64,000 bases of DNA from Centroscyllium fabricii (taxonomy: Eukaryota). Each line of letters starts with the position of its first letter. Positions within the stretch are counted from its first letter, which is position 1. A model generated the notes under the pieces. That model saw only the letters and a list, made by a program, of their open reading frames with translations, was not told the origin of the DNA and searched no databases. The stretch covers positions 28,334,001 through 28,398,000 of the forward strand of contig JBNRSN020000025.1 in the NCBI GenBank assembly GCA_051313645.2, read 5' to 3'. Of the stretch, positions 11,154 to 24,862 are shown one piece after another. The translations under genes were made by a program, and so were the position numbers.

Positions 11154-12588
11154 ATATTTCCATTATGGTGTAGCAAAAATAACCCATGTCGAACACAGTA
11201 TTGCAATATTTTATTCAGGTTTTCTTTCAAGCCCCATCATAGGCGGGGTGACAAATAGGACACAGGTCCGAAAATAATTTCTCTCAATCCCTATATTAAA
11301 AGTTAAATCATTCATTTTCGGTTTGGCAAGCAGCGATACTGGACACGCACTGTTATTCTGTGTGTTGGCTCAGTCGGGCAGTTTGTTTCTCACTGATTGT
11401 GTGGAAATTATGCATTTAAATCTCTCTCCAATTGTACTTCCCCCCCTCCCTCCTTCACTTGCTGGATGGAGACGTTTTAAAATCATGAATGATGTCTTTA
11501 AATACTTGAAGGTGTGTGTATTTTAATCGTTTCCCATTATAGATAATGACGTGCTAAGTTGAAGCATTAAGTTGACCAGGGGCTGCTCGATATGATAGTT
11601 TCAGACAAGGCTGCGTGTTTCCCGGCTCACTAATATGTGGGCGTGGTTTGGTGAGATGTGCATTTGTGTTGAGTGTGGGGGGGTGGGGAGAGCTGACTGT
11701 TAACAACTGCAGGCATGGCCTCTGCATGGCACTGTTTGATCCAATCCACAACTATTCAGCAGATCCGGAGGAGATTTCATGCCGAAAGGGCTATTTATAA
11801 GGCGAACTGGGGAGGGAAGCTGCCTAATCCGATCTATACTCCAACTCGATTTCAACATCAACACGGCTGATTCTGTGATTAGTTTCACTCACGTTTCAAC
11901 TGGAAAATACACATGCGACCCAAGAAATATATACTGACTCTGTCTGGGGTTTAAAATACTAAAGTTGCCATTTAAAACCCAACTTCCCCAGTTCAAAAAG
12001 TACAATATTAACCTAGCAATTGGGATTTCATTCTTTACTTGATGTAAACATTAAAAGATGAAAGAAGTTTGTATTTTTTTGAATTTAATTGAATTTTTTC
12101 CCCCTATCACCACCCAGCCCTTTCAATTCTGATTTCCAAACAGGGGCGAGCATTCATTGATTGTTTTTTTTTGTGGGTGGGCAAAGGTTGTGGCCGTGAA
12201 CCCAGGGCTACCTCTTAACTGAATTGAAAAGGAAACGCTCAACTAGGCATTTACATCAATTGTTATGAATAAAAAGAGTGGACGAAGCATACTCGGGACA
12301 TTGTCTGACAAGTATACTGTTTGACTTTCAATGGGCTAATTCATTCCCTCGGCCATTCGAATTTTTTGTCACTCGTGTAATACTGTACATATTACACGGG
12401 CAATTACAGAGCGTTTAGTAAGCAGAAAAAGTAGCGAGCTGTGCCAAGGAATATTGAGTTGTGTTGCTTGAGTCTTTGGAGAAGAATTGTTTCTGAAAGG
12501 AGACAGTTATTTGTGAAGAATTATGTTGCTGTAGTGTTTTGTTTCTTGGTGTATGAAACCAAAACCCTGAAGTAACTTTTGTGGGGCA

Positions 12589-12709
12589 ATGATGTGGAGG
12601 TGCCGGTCGGTGTTGGACTGGGGTGGACAAATGCAAGAAGTCACACAACACCAGGTTGTAGTCCAACAGTTTTATTTGAAATCACAAGCTTTCGGAGCGC
12701 AGCTCCTTC
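12589..12709 (-). mobile_element. Penelope-like P1 terminus, truncated within the hammerhead core
   Basis: Reverse complement of the 10855-10956 unit; retains GGAGC-TGC-GCTCC-GAAAGCTT but lacks CTGA. Confidence 0.8.
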
Positions 12710-13474
12710 AAAAGCAGTGGTTTGAAGAAGCGAAAATAGTCTATCTGCTTGAATAGTGAAATATTCAGTGAAACCCCATTATTCGAAACTGAAGGATCGT
12801 TTGACATACCTTTTCAAAAGTGGACATTATTAAATAATGCAAGTGAACAGACATTTGAGGGAAAATAAAGTACCCTTTGTGCCATCTGGCTGCAATCCGA
12901 TCTTTCCTGCCAGTTTTAAAGGGACAGGTACAGACTCAGTTTAGTTGGAGATTAACTAACTCTCTGTGCAGATCAGTGTAAGGAACTCGATTACACCATT
13001 TCTGGACTCTGTGTTACATTTCTGCAAATTCATGTGATTTTTGTTAAAAACGGAATCTCCGATTTACTGGTTAAATCGGAGAATTTTGATTTCCAATTGG
13101 AGCAGGTCAGTAACACGTTTAATTTACTATGCAAACTGGAGGGCCCCGCCAGAAAACAGGGGAAGATCGTGCGATAAAGACAGGAAGTTGTGATTAATGA
13201 AACTCCAGTGGATATTGCGAAAGGAGGGAGAATGTCATGTGCAGGAGTGTTGAGAAACCTGGACGTACAGACTTTGGCAAGATTAGACTTGAACCCGCCT
13301 GAGTTCCAACACGCACCTGTTGATAGGACTCTAGATCGACCAGGATAGGTGCCCGTTGAAATTACTGGTTCCCTCCCCATGTGCAAAAGTTGATGGTGGG
13401 AATGTGTAACCTAACCGGTGCAAATCTTAATCCCAGTCTTTGCGTACCATATTCTATTTTTTCGCACCTATTTT

Positions 13475-13858
13475 AACATAGAAACTAGGAGTAGGCCATT
13501 CGGCCCTTCGAGCCTGCTCTGCCATTCAATGAGATCATGGCTGATCATCCAAACCCAGTACCCCGTCTGTCCCCATATCCCTCGATCCCTATCGAGGCTG
13601 CACTGACACATATCCCACGCTATCCCCGTAATCCCACATATTCAATCCCCCTAACACGAAGGGTCAATTTATCCTGGCCAATCAACCTAACCCGCACATC
13701 TTTGGACTGTGGGAGGAAACCGGAGCACCCGGAGGAAACCCACGCAGACACGGGGAGAATGTGCAAACTCCACACAGATAGTCACCCGAGGCTGGATTTG
13801 AACCCGGGTCTCCAGTGCTGTGAGGCAACAGTGCTAACCACTGTGCCACCGTGCCGCC
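13475..13858 (-). mobile_element. HE1-like SINE, near full length
   Basis: tRNA head GGCGGCACGGTGGCACAGTGGTTAGC, B box, V-domain, CR1 tail. Confidence 0.9.
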
Positions 13859-14764
13859 AACACACCGTAACACACAACACCAATTCCTAATAAGCGTGCA
13901 CCTATTATTTAACCTTCCCGTTCGCACCCTGTAATTTTAGGTGGGTGTGGGAAAGACAAAATTCCGAAGAGGCTTTAAGCGCTGCAACTTTGACGAATTG
14001 ATGTGCAGAAATAAAGTGCAGCACTGAAATTCATATCTATATTTCCAGTATAAAAATTGCGCTGAATTTTTTGTACAAAGATTAATTTCTGAATACTGTG
14101 GCTTAAATGCATTTTTTTAACATGTATGTCACGTGGTTCCACACATTTAATCCTTATTTAAATACAAAAGGTTGGAACATTTACAGGGGATTTCAAACTT
14201 CCCTCCTCCCCCTCCTTCTTCCTCCAGATGTTGCAATGACACAAAGGACACAAAGTCTTATCTATCCTCCCACCCATATCAAGCCTTGTATGAGTGAACC
14301 TAGGTGCAGGAACATAAAGACACCCAAAGAGGCATTTTTCTGGGTGTAATACTATTTGCCACGTGTTGGGTGACCTCATTGAAGCTCATTGGCTCTCGGG
14401 ACCCAGTGACGCCACAAGCCACCCCCCCCCCCCCCCCCCCACAGTGTGCACGGCCCACCTGATCTCGCACCTTCACACCTTGTCATTCTAACAAATAGAA
14501 AACTTCTATATCTATATATAGATATTCAAAAAGGACGTGGTGGGTAGCCAAAATTAGACGTCTCGATGTCAGAAGCATCCAGATACTGTTTAATACTTGT
14601 TAAATATTTTCACATCACAAAGTGCTGTTGGTTATCAGATGTTGTTCTTACCTGTGCTGTTTTTCCAAAAAGAGCCTCGACTGTTAGAAGCGTCGCGGAG
14701 AATATTAGCAAAATTCCTCATTCTTAATTCCCATCAAAAGTAAAACTAGCGACAAATGCCATAT

Positions 14765-15060
14765 TGGAGAATGGCAGCGACCTCCACCCTTCAAAGCTGG
14801 GGGGCGGGGTGACAGGGGTGTTGGGGAGCGAGGTTGCCATGGTAACGGGGTGGGGCTAGTCCTTGATAGGCTGCGCCGCGGTCCTCTGCTGCTCGGGGCA
14901 CAGCAGGAGCGCATGGCGGCGGCTCGAGCCTGGCCTTGGGGCGGCCGCGCAAGGGGGGGAAGGCGCCGTGCGCGCTCACCCCAACGGTTCGAGGGAAGCA
15001 TGTGCTGTCTCGGGAACACTTCGCGCCAATTTTCTCAAGGTGCTTCAGTTGGAAAACGTT
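14765..15060. promoter_or_regulatory. CpG-rich promoter/enhancer-like island with RFX X-box (14833-14846) and GC box
   Basis: GTTGCCATGGTAAC, GGGGCGGGG, dense CpG, no TIR/TSD or other copy in the window. Confidence 0.55.
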
Positions 15061-15202
15061 TCGGCATTTAACCTGCAATATTTGAAGTCCCTTTGGAAGG
15101 TTCAGGATAAATAAGTGCCTTTAAACCAAAAAAAGGGATAGTATAGGTATTCGGTAGGTTAGCTGTTGTTTGGCATAAAATATCATTTTAATTGGAGGAT
15201 GC

Positions 15203-15749
15203 AAAGATTGTGAAGGGGCGTGATCGGGTGGATGCAGTGAGGATGTTTCCACTGATGGGTGAGACTAGAACTAGGGGGCATAATCTGAGAATGAGGGGCT
15301 GCCCTTTCAAAACTGAGATGAGAAGAAACTTCTTCACTCAGAGGGTGGTGGGTCTGTGGAATTTGCTGCCCCAGAGAGCTGTGGAAGCTACTACTTTGAA
15401 TAAGTTTAAAACCGAGATAGACAGTTTCTTGGAAGTAAAGGGAATTAGGCGTTACGGTGAGCGGGCAAGTAAGTGGATGTGAGGCTAGGTTCAGATCGAC
15501 CATGTGATCTGGACAAGTTTCGATTGCCTAGATGGGTCAGAGAGGAATTTTCCAGATTTTTTCTCCCAAATTGGCCACTGGGTTTTTGTCTTTTTTCGGC
15601 TCTCCCGGGAGTTCACATGGGCTCGGGCGAGATGGAGAGTGAAAGTAGATTTGAGGTTAGGATCAGATCAGCCATGACCTTATTGAATGGCGGAGCAGGT
15701 TCGATGGGCCGATTGGCCTACTCCTGCTCCTATTTCTTATGTTCTTATG
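15203..15749 (+). mobile_element. CR1 LINE 3' fragment, long-UTR subfamily
   Basis: KIVKG...RMFP...TRTRGHNLR...RNFFTQRVV; (TTCTTATG)n tail. Confidence 0.9.
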
Positions 15750-15911
15750 CAATTTCCTGAAGGCTAAGTATGAATGGTATGTGGTCGCACTACAAGGTCT
15801 TGTGGATTTATAATATGAGCTTAAATTAGTAAAAAGTTAACCCTGGCGAGTTTGTTGGCCTATTTGATTTTGAGGTTATCATGGCCCAAGAAGACACCCA
15901 GTCCCCTTAAG

Positions 15912-16152
15912 CAGCGGTCCCCAACCTTATTTGCACCACGGACCAGTTTCATGCAGGACAATTTTTCCACGGACCACGGACCAGTTTCATGCAGGGCAAT
16001 TTTTCCACGGACCGGGGGGGGAAGAATTAGCTTGTGGGCTTAATTTATCGGTGCATGGAAAAAAACTGCGACTGAGACAAGTGCGGAAAAGAGGCACAGA
16101 CGGAAGTGGTCATTTTTCAAAATAAAACACCCTGCAGACTGCGATAGTCAAC
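15912..16152 (+). mobile_element. hAT/Charlie-like MITE, left part only
   Basis: CAGCGGTCCCCAACC end; matches 26683-27010. Confidence 0.85.
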
Positions 16153-17409
16153 AAATATTTAGATGTCATTTATGGAGGCACGGTACAAAAAAATTCATTA
16201 ATTCTGAGCTGATTTACCCTTTTAGTTTGAAGATGAAACATTTTGATATTTTAACTAGTGACGTGCCAAAGTTTCAGTTCCGTTTTTAGTGTCGAGAGGA
16301 GAACTCCGATGACCCAACCATAACCTTTTGAAATAACCTTAGGGGGTGTGTTAAAATACTAAGAGAAATATGATATGGTTGGCACTTAAGAGCATTTTCC
16401 AATGTAATACTTTTATCCTTTATCTTTGATTAGTTAATAAGCTACATTTGTGCTGGATAGTTTGACAATTTCAAAAGTGATTTGTAGGGGTCTTGAATTG
16501 TTTGTCAAAAGTAATGCACAAAGTGTTGGAGTGATAAAATATTGGTTCTTTTCGTCCTTCCTCAGAAGGTTTTCAATATTTTCTTAAAATACTGTGGCAC
16601 AATTTAGTTTACAAATTGCAGGACAATTCACTTCTCTTAAACTTATATACAATTAAGAGTATTTTTGAAAATGAATCGTTAGCAACATAACAGCACGGAT
16701 TAATAGTAAGATAACACTGATGTGTTTGTTGTTTTCAAGGCACTTTTAGGATGATCTAACGTACAATTCCTGATTTCTCTTTGATGATTGAAGGTTTATA
16801 AGTTTACCCAGTCTCAAGTGAAATTTATTTCTAATGTGTCTTCCTCTAAATATTTAGTGTATAGATGCTTCTGTAAAGAATTTTTAATTGTTGTGAAGCT
16901 TCAATGATATGTAAATGAAGTCAATTATATGTAGGGTTTTAATTAGCAGCTAGGTTCATGTGTGAAGTACCTCAGATTAATTATGTGGCACATCTGCTGA
17001 TGATTTACTACTTTTCTGCAGACCCATCAAAACTGTGAAATTTGCATCCTTAGGTAGTTTGACAAGAAACAGAAGAATTTGCCAACAAATAAATTGTGTT
17101 ATGCCCCTGTCTATATCATGTTTGAAACTGTTTTGACTTTTTAACAGCTTAAATGAATCGCTTCATTAAATTGTATGTAACTTAATTTTAGTAAGAAGTC
17201 ACACAACACCAGATTTATAAGCCACATTATAATTTTAGTAGTAATTTCTTGTGCAGTTTTACTGTGTAAGTGTATCGATGCCGATTCAATTTTTCTTTTT
17301 AGGAAATTAAAGGCTTTTTAGTGACCTGAATAGGACTGACTGCATTTAGTCACTAAAGCAAACCTGACTTTTTTAAGTGAGAAAGTTATTAATTCAGGTT
17401 TACCATATA

Positions 17410-18110
17410 CAGGTTGTGCACCGAAGATCTGTGACCCGAAACGCCGGCAGCTTCAGTCTGCCGGCACAAATTGCCCCGACTGCACTGCGCATGCGCAAGA
17501 TGGCAGCCGCCATCGCGGCTTCGGCGAATGATCTGCGCATGCGCCGCTGAACGGCGAGCGCATGCGCAGATCACTCAAAACGGCTGCCGGGTGTTTTGAA
17601 TGATCTGCGCATGCGTCGCCGGACGGCGAGCGCATGCGCAGATCATTCAAAATGGCTGCCGGGCCTTCCGTGGCGTCAGGGCGAAAATACAACTGGAAGC
17701 GCACGGTTCCCGGCGAGCAGGCTGGCCCTGTGCGGGAGCCGGGAATGGGAAATGTTGAGCGGAGTTCCTTACCCGGCTTTGCTGCTGCTGGAGTCAGTGG
17801 ATGAGCGGCTGGCTGAGTGAGTGAACAGCTCCGGCTCGTGTCTCGGCAGTACTAGCACATCCAGTGAGCACTCACTCTAAAAATAGCTCCCCTCCCCCTG
17901 CACCAATCCGCACATACACATGGCCCCACTCAGCCCCCTCTTTTGGACTTTTCCTGCATCGTTCGGCGGCCATTTCCAATGTTGTGCACATGCGCGCGGC
18001 CATTTTGAATGGTGCGCGCATGCGCATTGTCCAACTTCGTTCTCCTGGTTTTTTCAGTTTCCCGGCACGGGCCTGGTCCCGCCCGTGGCGGATTAATGGT
18101 GCACAACCTG
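17410..18110. mobile_element. Tc1/mariner (Tigger/pogo-like) MITE
   Basis: Perfect TIR CAGGTTGTGCACC / GGTGCACAACCTG with TA on both sides. Confidence 0.85.
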
Positions 18111-19114
18111 TATTGATTAAGCAAGCCCTATTACTTATGTTTTTTGCTTGTTTGTGTGCTGCAGAGGTGATGGGAACATATTTAATCTGCCTCTTGGAAA
18201 TAACTCTTTCTGCCCAAGGGGAGAGGGATGTGGGAGGGTCAGGGTAACCATCGAGTATACACAAGAGTCATATTGGCCCAAAGGGACTACATTGTAAAAC
18301 AAAATATGCATAATGAGATTTTTTAAAAGGAGAACATAGATGGTTTTATGAGGATTCTCACGATAAGGGGAAAAACTTGGGTTTTTTGAGGCCATGAACA
18401 TCTATTTTCCATGAATCTTCTGATGATATCTTTGAGTGACTTGAAGCACTGTATATGCTTGTTTAGTAACATTTGTGGTAGAATGACATTTGAATGTGAA
18501 TGTGTGAACTTTACTCTCTTAAAGAGGGCAGTCATTGACAGTCCAAAGTGACAGCCCCAAGGGAATTGGGAGATTTGATAAGAGTGAACAGTGTGCATTA
18601 GATTGTTAACTTGCCTGAAGTCTTTCAGAATCATACTATTATATGCCATTACTGAGAGCTCAAGATCTAATCAAATTGTTTTATAAATTCATAATTTGAT
18701 GACGAGATTAAGTGTGATTTTTAAATGCTAGGTATGAACACGGGGCATTATTACTATGACACCTGCCAACAATTGCAAGTTTTATTTAAAATACATATTT
18801 CTGCAAGCTTGTCATTTTAATTTTGGACTACATAGATGGCTTTGTTAGATGACTGTCACTTACTGAATACTACCTTAGAGGCCACTAACTCCCCCAAATA
18901 GTTCAAGAAAGTGACTCACCAGGATTCCCGCTGCTGATTGCAACCCTGCTGGAATTGTGCATGTTGGATGTCAAATGAGAACAGGATTGGGCATGAATAA
19001 TGGTCACTTGGACAAGTTACCAGAAGGTGCCAGTTGCCCATGCAACTCTACCCCAGCCTTCAGAAGAGAACACAAGAAAAATGGACAAAGCCGTTTGTTG
19101 CCTCCAGTGGTTTC

Positions 19115-19365
19115 AAAGATGTGCGAGTTAGGTTGATTGGCCATGATAAATTGACCCTTAGTGTTAGGGGGATTGAATATGTGGGATTACGGGGATAGGG
19201 TGGGATATGTGTCGGTGCAGGTTCAATAGGGATCGAGGGATATGGGGAGAAGGCAGGGACAGGGTACTGGGTTTGGATGATCAGCCATGATCTCATTGAA
19301 TGGCGGAGCAGGCTCGAAGGGCCGAATGGCCTACTCCTGCTCCTAACTTCTATGTTTCTATGTTT
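19115..19365 (+). mobile_element. HE1-like SINE, 5' truncated
   Basis: Matches the 3' two-thirds of other copies; (TTCTATGT)n tail. Confidence 0.85.
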
Positions 19366-19369
19366 CCGC

Positions 19370-19725
19370 TCCTCTACTGAAGTAGCTGAATATTGTTGAG
19401 CTACAATCCCATGGGTGTCAACAGTCCTTGGGTACTTCACTCAATGGCCATTCTTCACTTTAAGCCTAGACAATGAGTGTTGGCAGACTAATCGGGCTAG
19501 GAGTGCACCAGTCAGTTTTGATCCTGCCCTCAACTGATATCCGCGCAAGCACGTTTTCCAGCAGAGATCATTGGAATTGTGGTTGATTTTCCCACTTCCC
19601 TAGTCCAGGGACATTGAGACCAATTCTAATGCTCTGGCTGAGATTATTTAACTAAACATAGACTGGGGATCTAACCTGTCACCTTCTGGTCTATATGGCT
19701 CAGTATCACATCATATTGTGCATTA
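19370..19725 (-). mobile_element. Old, diverged SINE-like family (also 18900-19080, 48125-48300, 50465-51120, 54725-55135, 59510-59840)
   Basis: Shared degenerate motifs such as TGGCCATTCTTCA..GAGCC..GACA, TGCTGAGTTAGCT, GGAACTGTA...GCCTTCAG; tRNA-like head at 50475. Confidence 0.5.
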
Positions 19726-19788
19726 GGGAATCCATTTTATCTTTTATTGCTATTTTCTGACAAATATAGTGTAAAGAAACACTGGTGT

Positions 19789-19915
19789 CAATGTTCCCCC
19801 TAAGGTGCACATCGCGAGGTCCCACTCAGGCCACTCACCAGCTGCTACCGCTGAAGAGATACGCGCAGCAAATTTAAAGGGCCCGCACAAGGGAAAAAAA
19901 TTAGAGGGAACATTG
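19789..19915. mobile_element. 127-bp hAT MITE
   Basis: TIR CAATGTTCCCCCTAA / TTAGAGGGAACATTG, 8-bp TSD ACTGGTGT. Confidence 0.9.
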
Positions 19916-22900
19916 ACTGGTGTAAGTCTATTCTTTATTTGATAGCAAATTACATTTTTTGAGGAAAAATCCATAAAGTTTGTGGAATGAAGCAAAAGTA
20001 ACTCTATTGTGTTCCTCCATTAATGGGCACCTAAACACATTTGTGGGTAAAAGAAACTACAGGGATCTTTTACTGGATTGCAGTATATAGCAAATATATT
20101 AATTTTTTTATAACTGGCATTTGTATTTGTTTCTCCTAATTGTTTTAGTTCATGCACTCCGTCCTTAAATTGGTGTAAATTTGACAATGCAGTTGGTTGA
20201 CTGGACTCTGTGCTAGGAGGGAATGTTGCAGGCCTGAGCACCTTGCAGATAGGTTGTTATCCCAAACATTCGGCTGTTGGTTATGGTGTATGCCTGGGGA
20301 TACCTAAAGACATGGATAAAATGTTAAAAAGGTGAGGAAATATTTTTGAAAACCTTTACTAAATGACGTTTTAATTAAACAATTGGTGCAGATCTTCATT
20401 TGCGGTCTTTTAAACAAACAACCCTGGTGACTCGGGAATGGTGTCCTATATTTATTAAGAGTTTTGTGTATTGCTGGAGCCAGTAAGGATTCATTTTTTA
20501 AGTACAGCCTTCAGGATAGCAGAATTGATTCTGAAAACTACACAGAGTACAATTTAAGTCTGAAAAGTGATAGTTCAGTTGGTGGGGTTGAGATGTGATC
20601 CTTGTGTATTTTCACATTTTTGGGGGTTAAATGGGTATTGATTTTATTTTTTCTCTATTGCGTACTAATATTTCTCCACATCCCTTCTCCGCAAAGGAAA
20701 TACAATAATAATGTTTTGGTACTTCAATATAAACCATTTTCTAAAGAGATTGGGAAGGATTGTTTGATGTAAACATATTTAGTTTTCTGTAGAATGTGCT
20801 GCATAGTGAACTAGCTTTAAAAAAAAGTGTAATGTTTCCAGAGTGATCAAAGTTGTATAACAATTATATTTAGGATCGTATGTTTGATGTGGTTTAAAAA
20901 AAGTTGCTCTTGGAACTTTGGGATAGATTTAGTGAATTGTTTTCATACAGCTGATCATTAATATAATGTTCTGAAAAGTATTTGATATACTTTAATGTTC
21001 TTTACCTATTTTTATTATTTGTGTAACTTCACAGCATTACTACTGGTAAATGGTAGTGAGTGAATGGACTTCTATACAGTAGTCTTATTGTAGTCTTTTA
21101 TATTTATTTCCTTGTCCAAGATTAAACCACGTAGTAGAGTGATCACACAGAAAACATTGTGCATTAGTTACTGCGACCCTGTTTTTATGACTTTGTACTT
21201 TCAGCGAGCTGTAGTTAAAGAATGATTTGAATCAGCTACAGAATGGTGTCTGCCAGGGACAATATTATGAACCCTAGTCAGTAGCCAGTCTGTCTAGCTT
21301 GTGGAGGATATTCAATAAGCTTATAAGTCACATGTTAGTTTATGGCGCTAGTTGGTAAAATTCCCTTAACTGCAGCAGCATGCTGACAGAACGTTCCAGA
21401 CATTCTGTCAGTATTTTGCTGCTTCAGCCACAGTGGCCTTTGTGTGGTGATGTCAGTTTTCATTCCCATGTGTTGCTGGGGGCACTGACATATGACCCCG
21501 ATGATACTGTTTTACCCACCCCTAAGGTGCCTGAAACTCCCAGATGGTAGCGTGAAGTGGCCGGGGGGGGGGGGGGGGGCGGCGGAGAGCGGGGGGCGGT
21601 TGGTGGGGGGAGGGCAAAAACCTTAAGGGAAAAAAAGTGCTGGGATCATGTAGGAGCTCTGAAATAAATGGAGCCACGTTTGTATTTTTAATTTACTTGC
21701 TTCAATTTCAAGAAAAACATATGGAAATTAAATGCTGTAGATTGCTGTGCTATATATTTCCATTGTGCTAAAGGCTTTTATAAAAGGTTTTCCCTTATTA
21801 TAACCCCTTGCTGCCACAAAATGAATAGATTTTCTCTTATTTACCTCATTATACCACTGCCCTCTCTGTTTATGATCCATCAGTACATTGGAAGAAGCAA
21901 ATGGCATTGCTTCATTGATTTATTTCTCATTACTATGCCACCACAGACACTATGTAGGATCACAAGATAAATATGGATGAGGACAGTCAATCAGCTCATC
22001 TTAGCTCATGGCCCAGAAAGTATGGTTCTAGGGTTTTCGCCTCTGCGCACTCTGAAGAACTTCCTGATCTTAGTCCTAAATTTATCTTTACTAGTTTAAA
22101 CCTGTGTCCCTTGGCTTGCTCTCATGCTTTCTACCTTTTCCACACCCTTTATTATCTTATGTGGCTGGTTAAAGTCACTTCTCAGTTAAACTTGTTAAAA
22201 ATTCTCCAGTTTTAATGTAGTACTCGTGTCTACTTTTAAAACCAAAATGATTGATTCTCAGGGGACTTCAACATAACACAAAAACATGGGAACTATACCT
22301 GGCAATGTAACAAAAGAGTACTGTAAAATTTGGACTTTATATCATACAAATAGAGTCCATCACAGGGATTTGTCTTTTTCTTCCAAGTAACATTGTAGTT
22401 AAAAGGTGCCCTGAAACTATGATAGTTAATACATCCCTAGAAGTTCCAGACATGATTAATGCCAACTTGAGGAGTAAAATAGAATTGGTTTATCTTGTAA
22501 TCTTTATATATAGAATGGAAATGTCTGTAGGTCTTGCTGCCATCAGCTCGACTCAGACCTGTAATTTGTGTTCTCTTAGTTTTCAAGTGTAATGATAAGG
22601 ATCTAGATTACTGCAATAGAGTAATGAATGACCAGAAACTTAAAAGGGACAATTCTGCTCAATTCAGAAATTGATTTTAACCTTTTTACCCCTGTGACTT
22701 TTGGGAAATTCTAATGATTTCACTGGAATTATATTAATGGTACCTTGTTTTGGATAGATTGCTAAACAAAATCTTTTGATATTGCAGTAAATTTGTATTA
22801 CTTCTGAGAATATTCTTTCAAAGTTTCCATTCACTTTTTTGGCTATGTTCTTGAAAAGGATTTGGTCAACACAAAATTTAAATGTGGCCTCTTATTCCAT

Positions 22901-23902
22901 ATTGCACGTGTTCAATATAAAAATTATAGCTAATTTTAAACCGTCCCTTATATCCTCCCCGCCTCTCAAAGTTCCAAAAGTTTACTCCTAGCATAGTTGG
23001 AAATTAGCATATGAGAAGAACTAAAATATTGAGCGAATTACTGAATTCCCAGGGCATCCCAATCTCCTATTCTTTCTTTGTCTGACTGTTTGAATATTAA
23101 AGAACTGAAGAGGAGGGTAGCATTTCACATGCAGCCCATGAAAGGTTCCCCATTCAGAGCATTGTATTGAGGCGGTGATGTTGCCAGGTTTCTGCACGGC
23201 TTTCCAGATCAATGTCTTAAGAGACTTCAGTTTAGAGACTGGAGATAGATTTAACTATTTCTTGATTTGTATAGTGGAATATTGTTATTGGCAAACAACT
23301 TAAGTAGTTAGGGAAGCTGTACTACAGGTAACAGAAACTCAAACCACTATTTCAGATGAGCAATTTGTAATAATTAGTTTTCAATTTATGTGTAATATAT
23401 AGGTATCATGACTCAACAGACAGTTGCACTGTTTATCAGCTTGCTTTGCAGACTAGATTCCAGAAATTCACTACGTTCATTCTTCAAAAATGTCTGAAAT
23501 ATTTGTGGTCACTTTAGTTTTTGTACTATGAAAGTAGATCATGCTTATTGTGCATTTGTATGTTCTAGGAGGAAGGGTGGAATTCAAAATGTAGTGCATT
23601 TCAAAGTGTATTTGAGGAAATACTGGCACAGTTTTTGTTTGAGGTATGAGTAAGCTGACAGACTAAAGTTTCTCATCATGAAATAGAGACTGAAGACTAT
23701 TCAGATTATAGGCTGAATGTGGTGAAACTACCCTATTTAAAGTACGCTTGTGTAAAATACTAACACCAGTGCCACACAGTGGGGACAGATACAGGTTCCC
23801 ATCTTATTCTCAGTTCGTGACCTGAATTGCATTGAGCGGAGGCTGTCATGTCTCCCTCAGCAGAGGAGAGAGTTATGCTTTGGGCAGCCCCTGGCATCTA
23901 GT

Positions 23903-24045
23903 ACGATAGCAAAATACTGCGGATGCTGGAAATCCGAAATAGCAACAGAAAACGCTGGAGAAACTCAGCAGGCCAGGCAGCATCGGTGGAGACGATGCTG
24001 CCTGCCTGGCCTGCTGAGTCTCTCCAGCGTTTTCTGTTGTTAATA
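23903..24045. mobile_element. Penelope-like P2 inverted repeat
   Basis: Hairpin arms; 14-bp TSD CCCTGGCATCTAGT; ribozyme region absent. Confidence 0.75.
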
Positions 24046-24862
24046 CCCTGGCATCTAGTGCTGGCTGACAACAGGAGGCAAAGTCCATTTCTGGAAAGAC
24101 TCCGTATTAAAAAAGGCTGCCTACGTAGCTCATTTGTAAGTCCATTGCCGGTTGAGTCATTATAGGTGCCCAGTGCCATAATATTTTGACCCGGCTAGGT
24201 GACTGGGCTGGAGAGGGTTAACTGTAGAAAATTGCTTCCATCCCATCCCCCTACACACACATGCACATACTCATTCACATGTAGGTAGCTGCAGGGGAGG
24301 GGTTGCTTGAGGTTAGACATTTGTTGGGTTGGACTGAATAATGACTGTTGTTGCTCTTAATCTAATGAGACACATTTATATTCAGATAGTCAGCATCAGC
24401 TGTGCAGAATTAGTAATGTTTTGTGTGTCTAACGGAAAATATGGTTGAAAAGTCTACTCGAGATGTGGGAAGATTTATGTAATGAACGGTGAGTTGTTTT
24501 ATTGGGCGAAACGATGCATTTTAAAAGATGTTTATGAAGTTTTAATATACTGTTAGAAATTTGAGATGTGGCTACTACTACACGCAACAGTGCATTACGC
24601 TTTCTCTCAAACCCAGCCATTCATTTTTTTGAAAAAGTACCGCGGTGTGCATTTGAAACCTTCTTTCACCATTTTTAGAATTAGCTCTAGGGAGATCTGT
24701 GGAATATTGAATGTAATCTGTATTTGTTATGTCCCCATTTTGGGGTATACTGTTGTATTTTATTCAGCCTCCATGTGCCATGAATCATTCCCTGGAATTG
24801 AGAATTGGTGGGTGACTTGCTCCCTCTGCCAGCCACTCCACTACCAGGTGCACAGAAATGTG

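Noticed and set aside
12970-13400. Coding-looking stretch / 118-aa minus ORF as a nested exon
   Set aside because: In-frame stops on plus, no recognisable motif or clear splice sites
13780-13858. tRNA genes at SINE heads
   Set aside because: A/B boxes run directly into the V-domain and LINE tail; multi-copy SINE
21563-21616. G-quadruplex-like G tract (and poly-C at 14422-14440)
   Set aside because: Simple homopolymer runs with no supporting context
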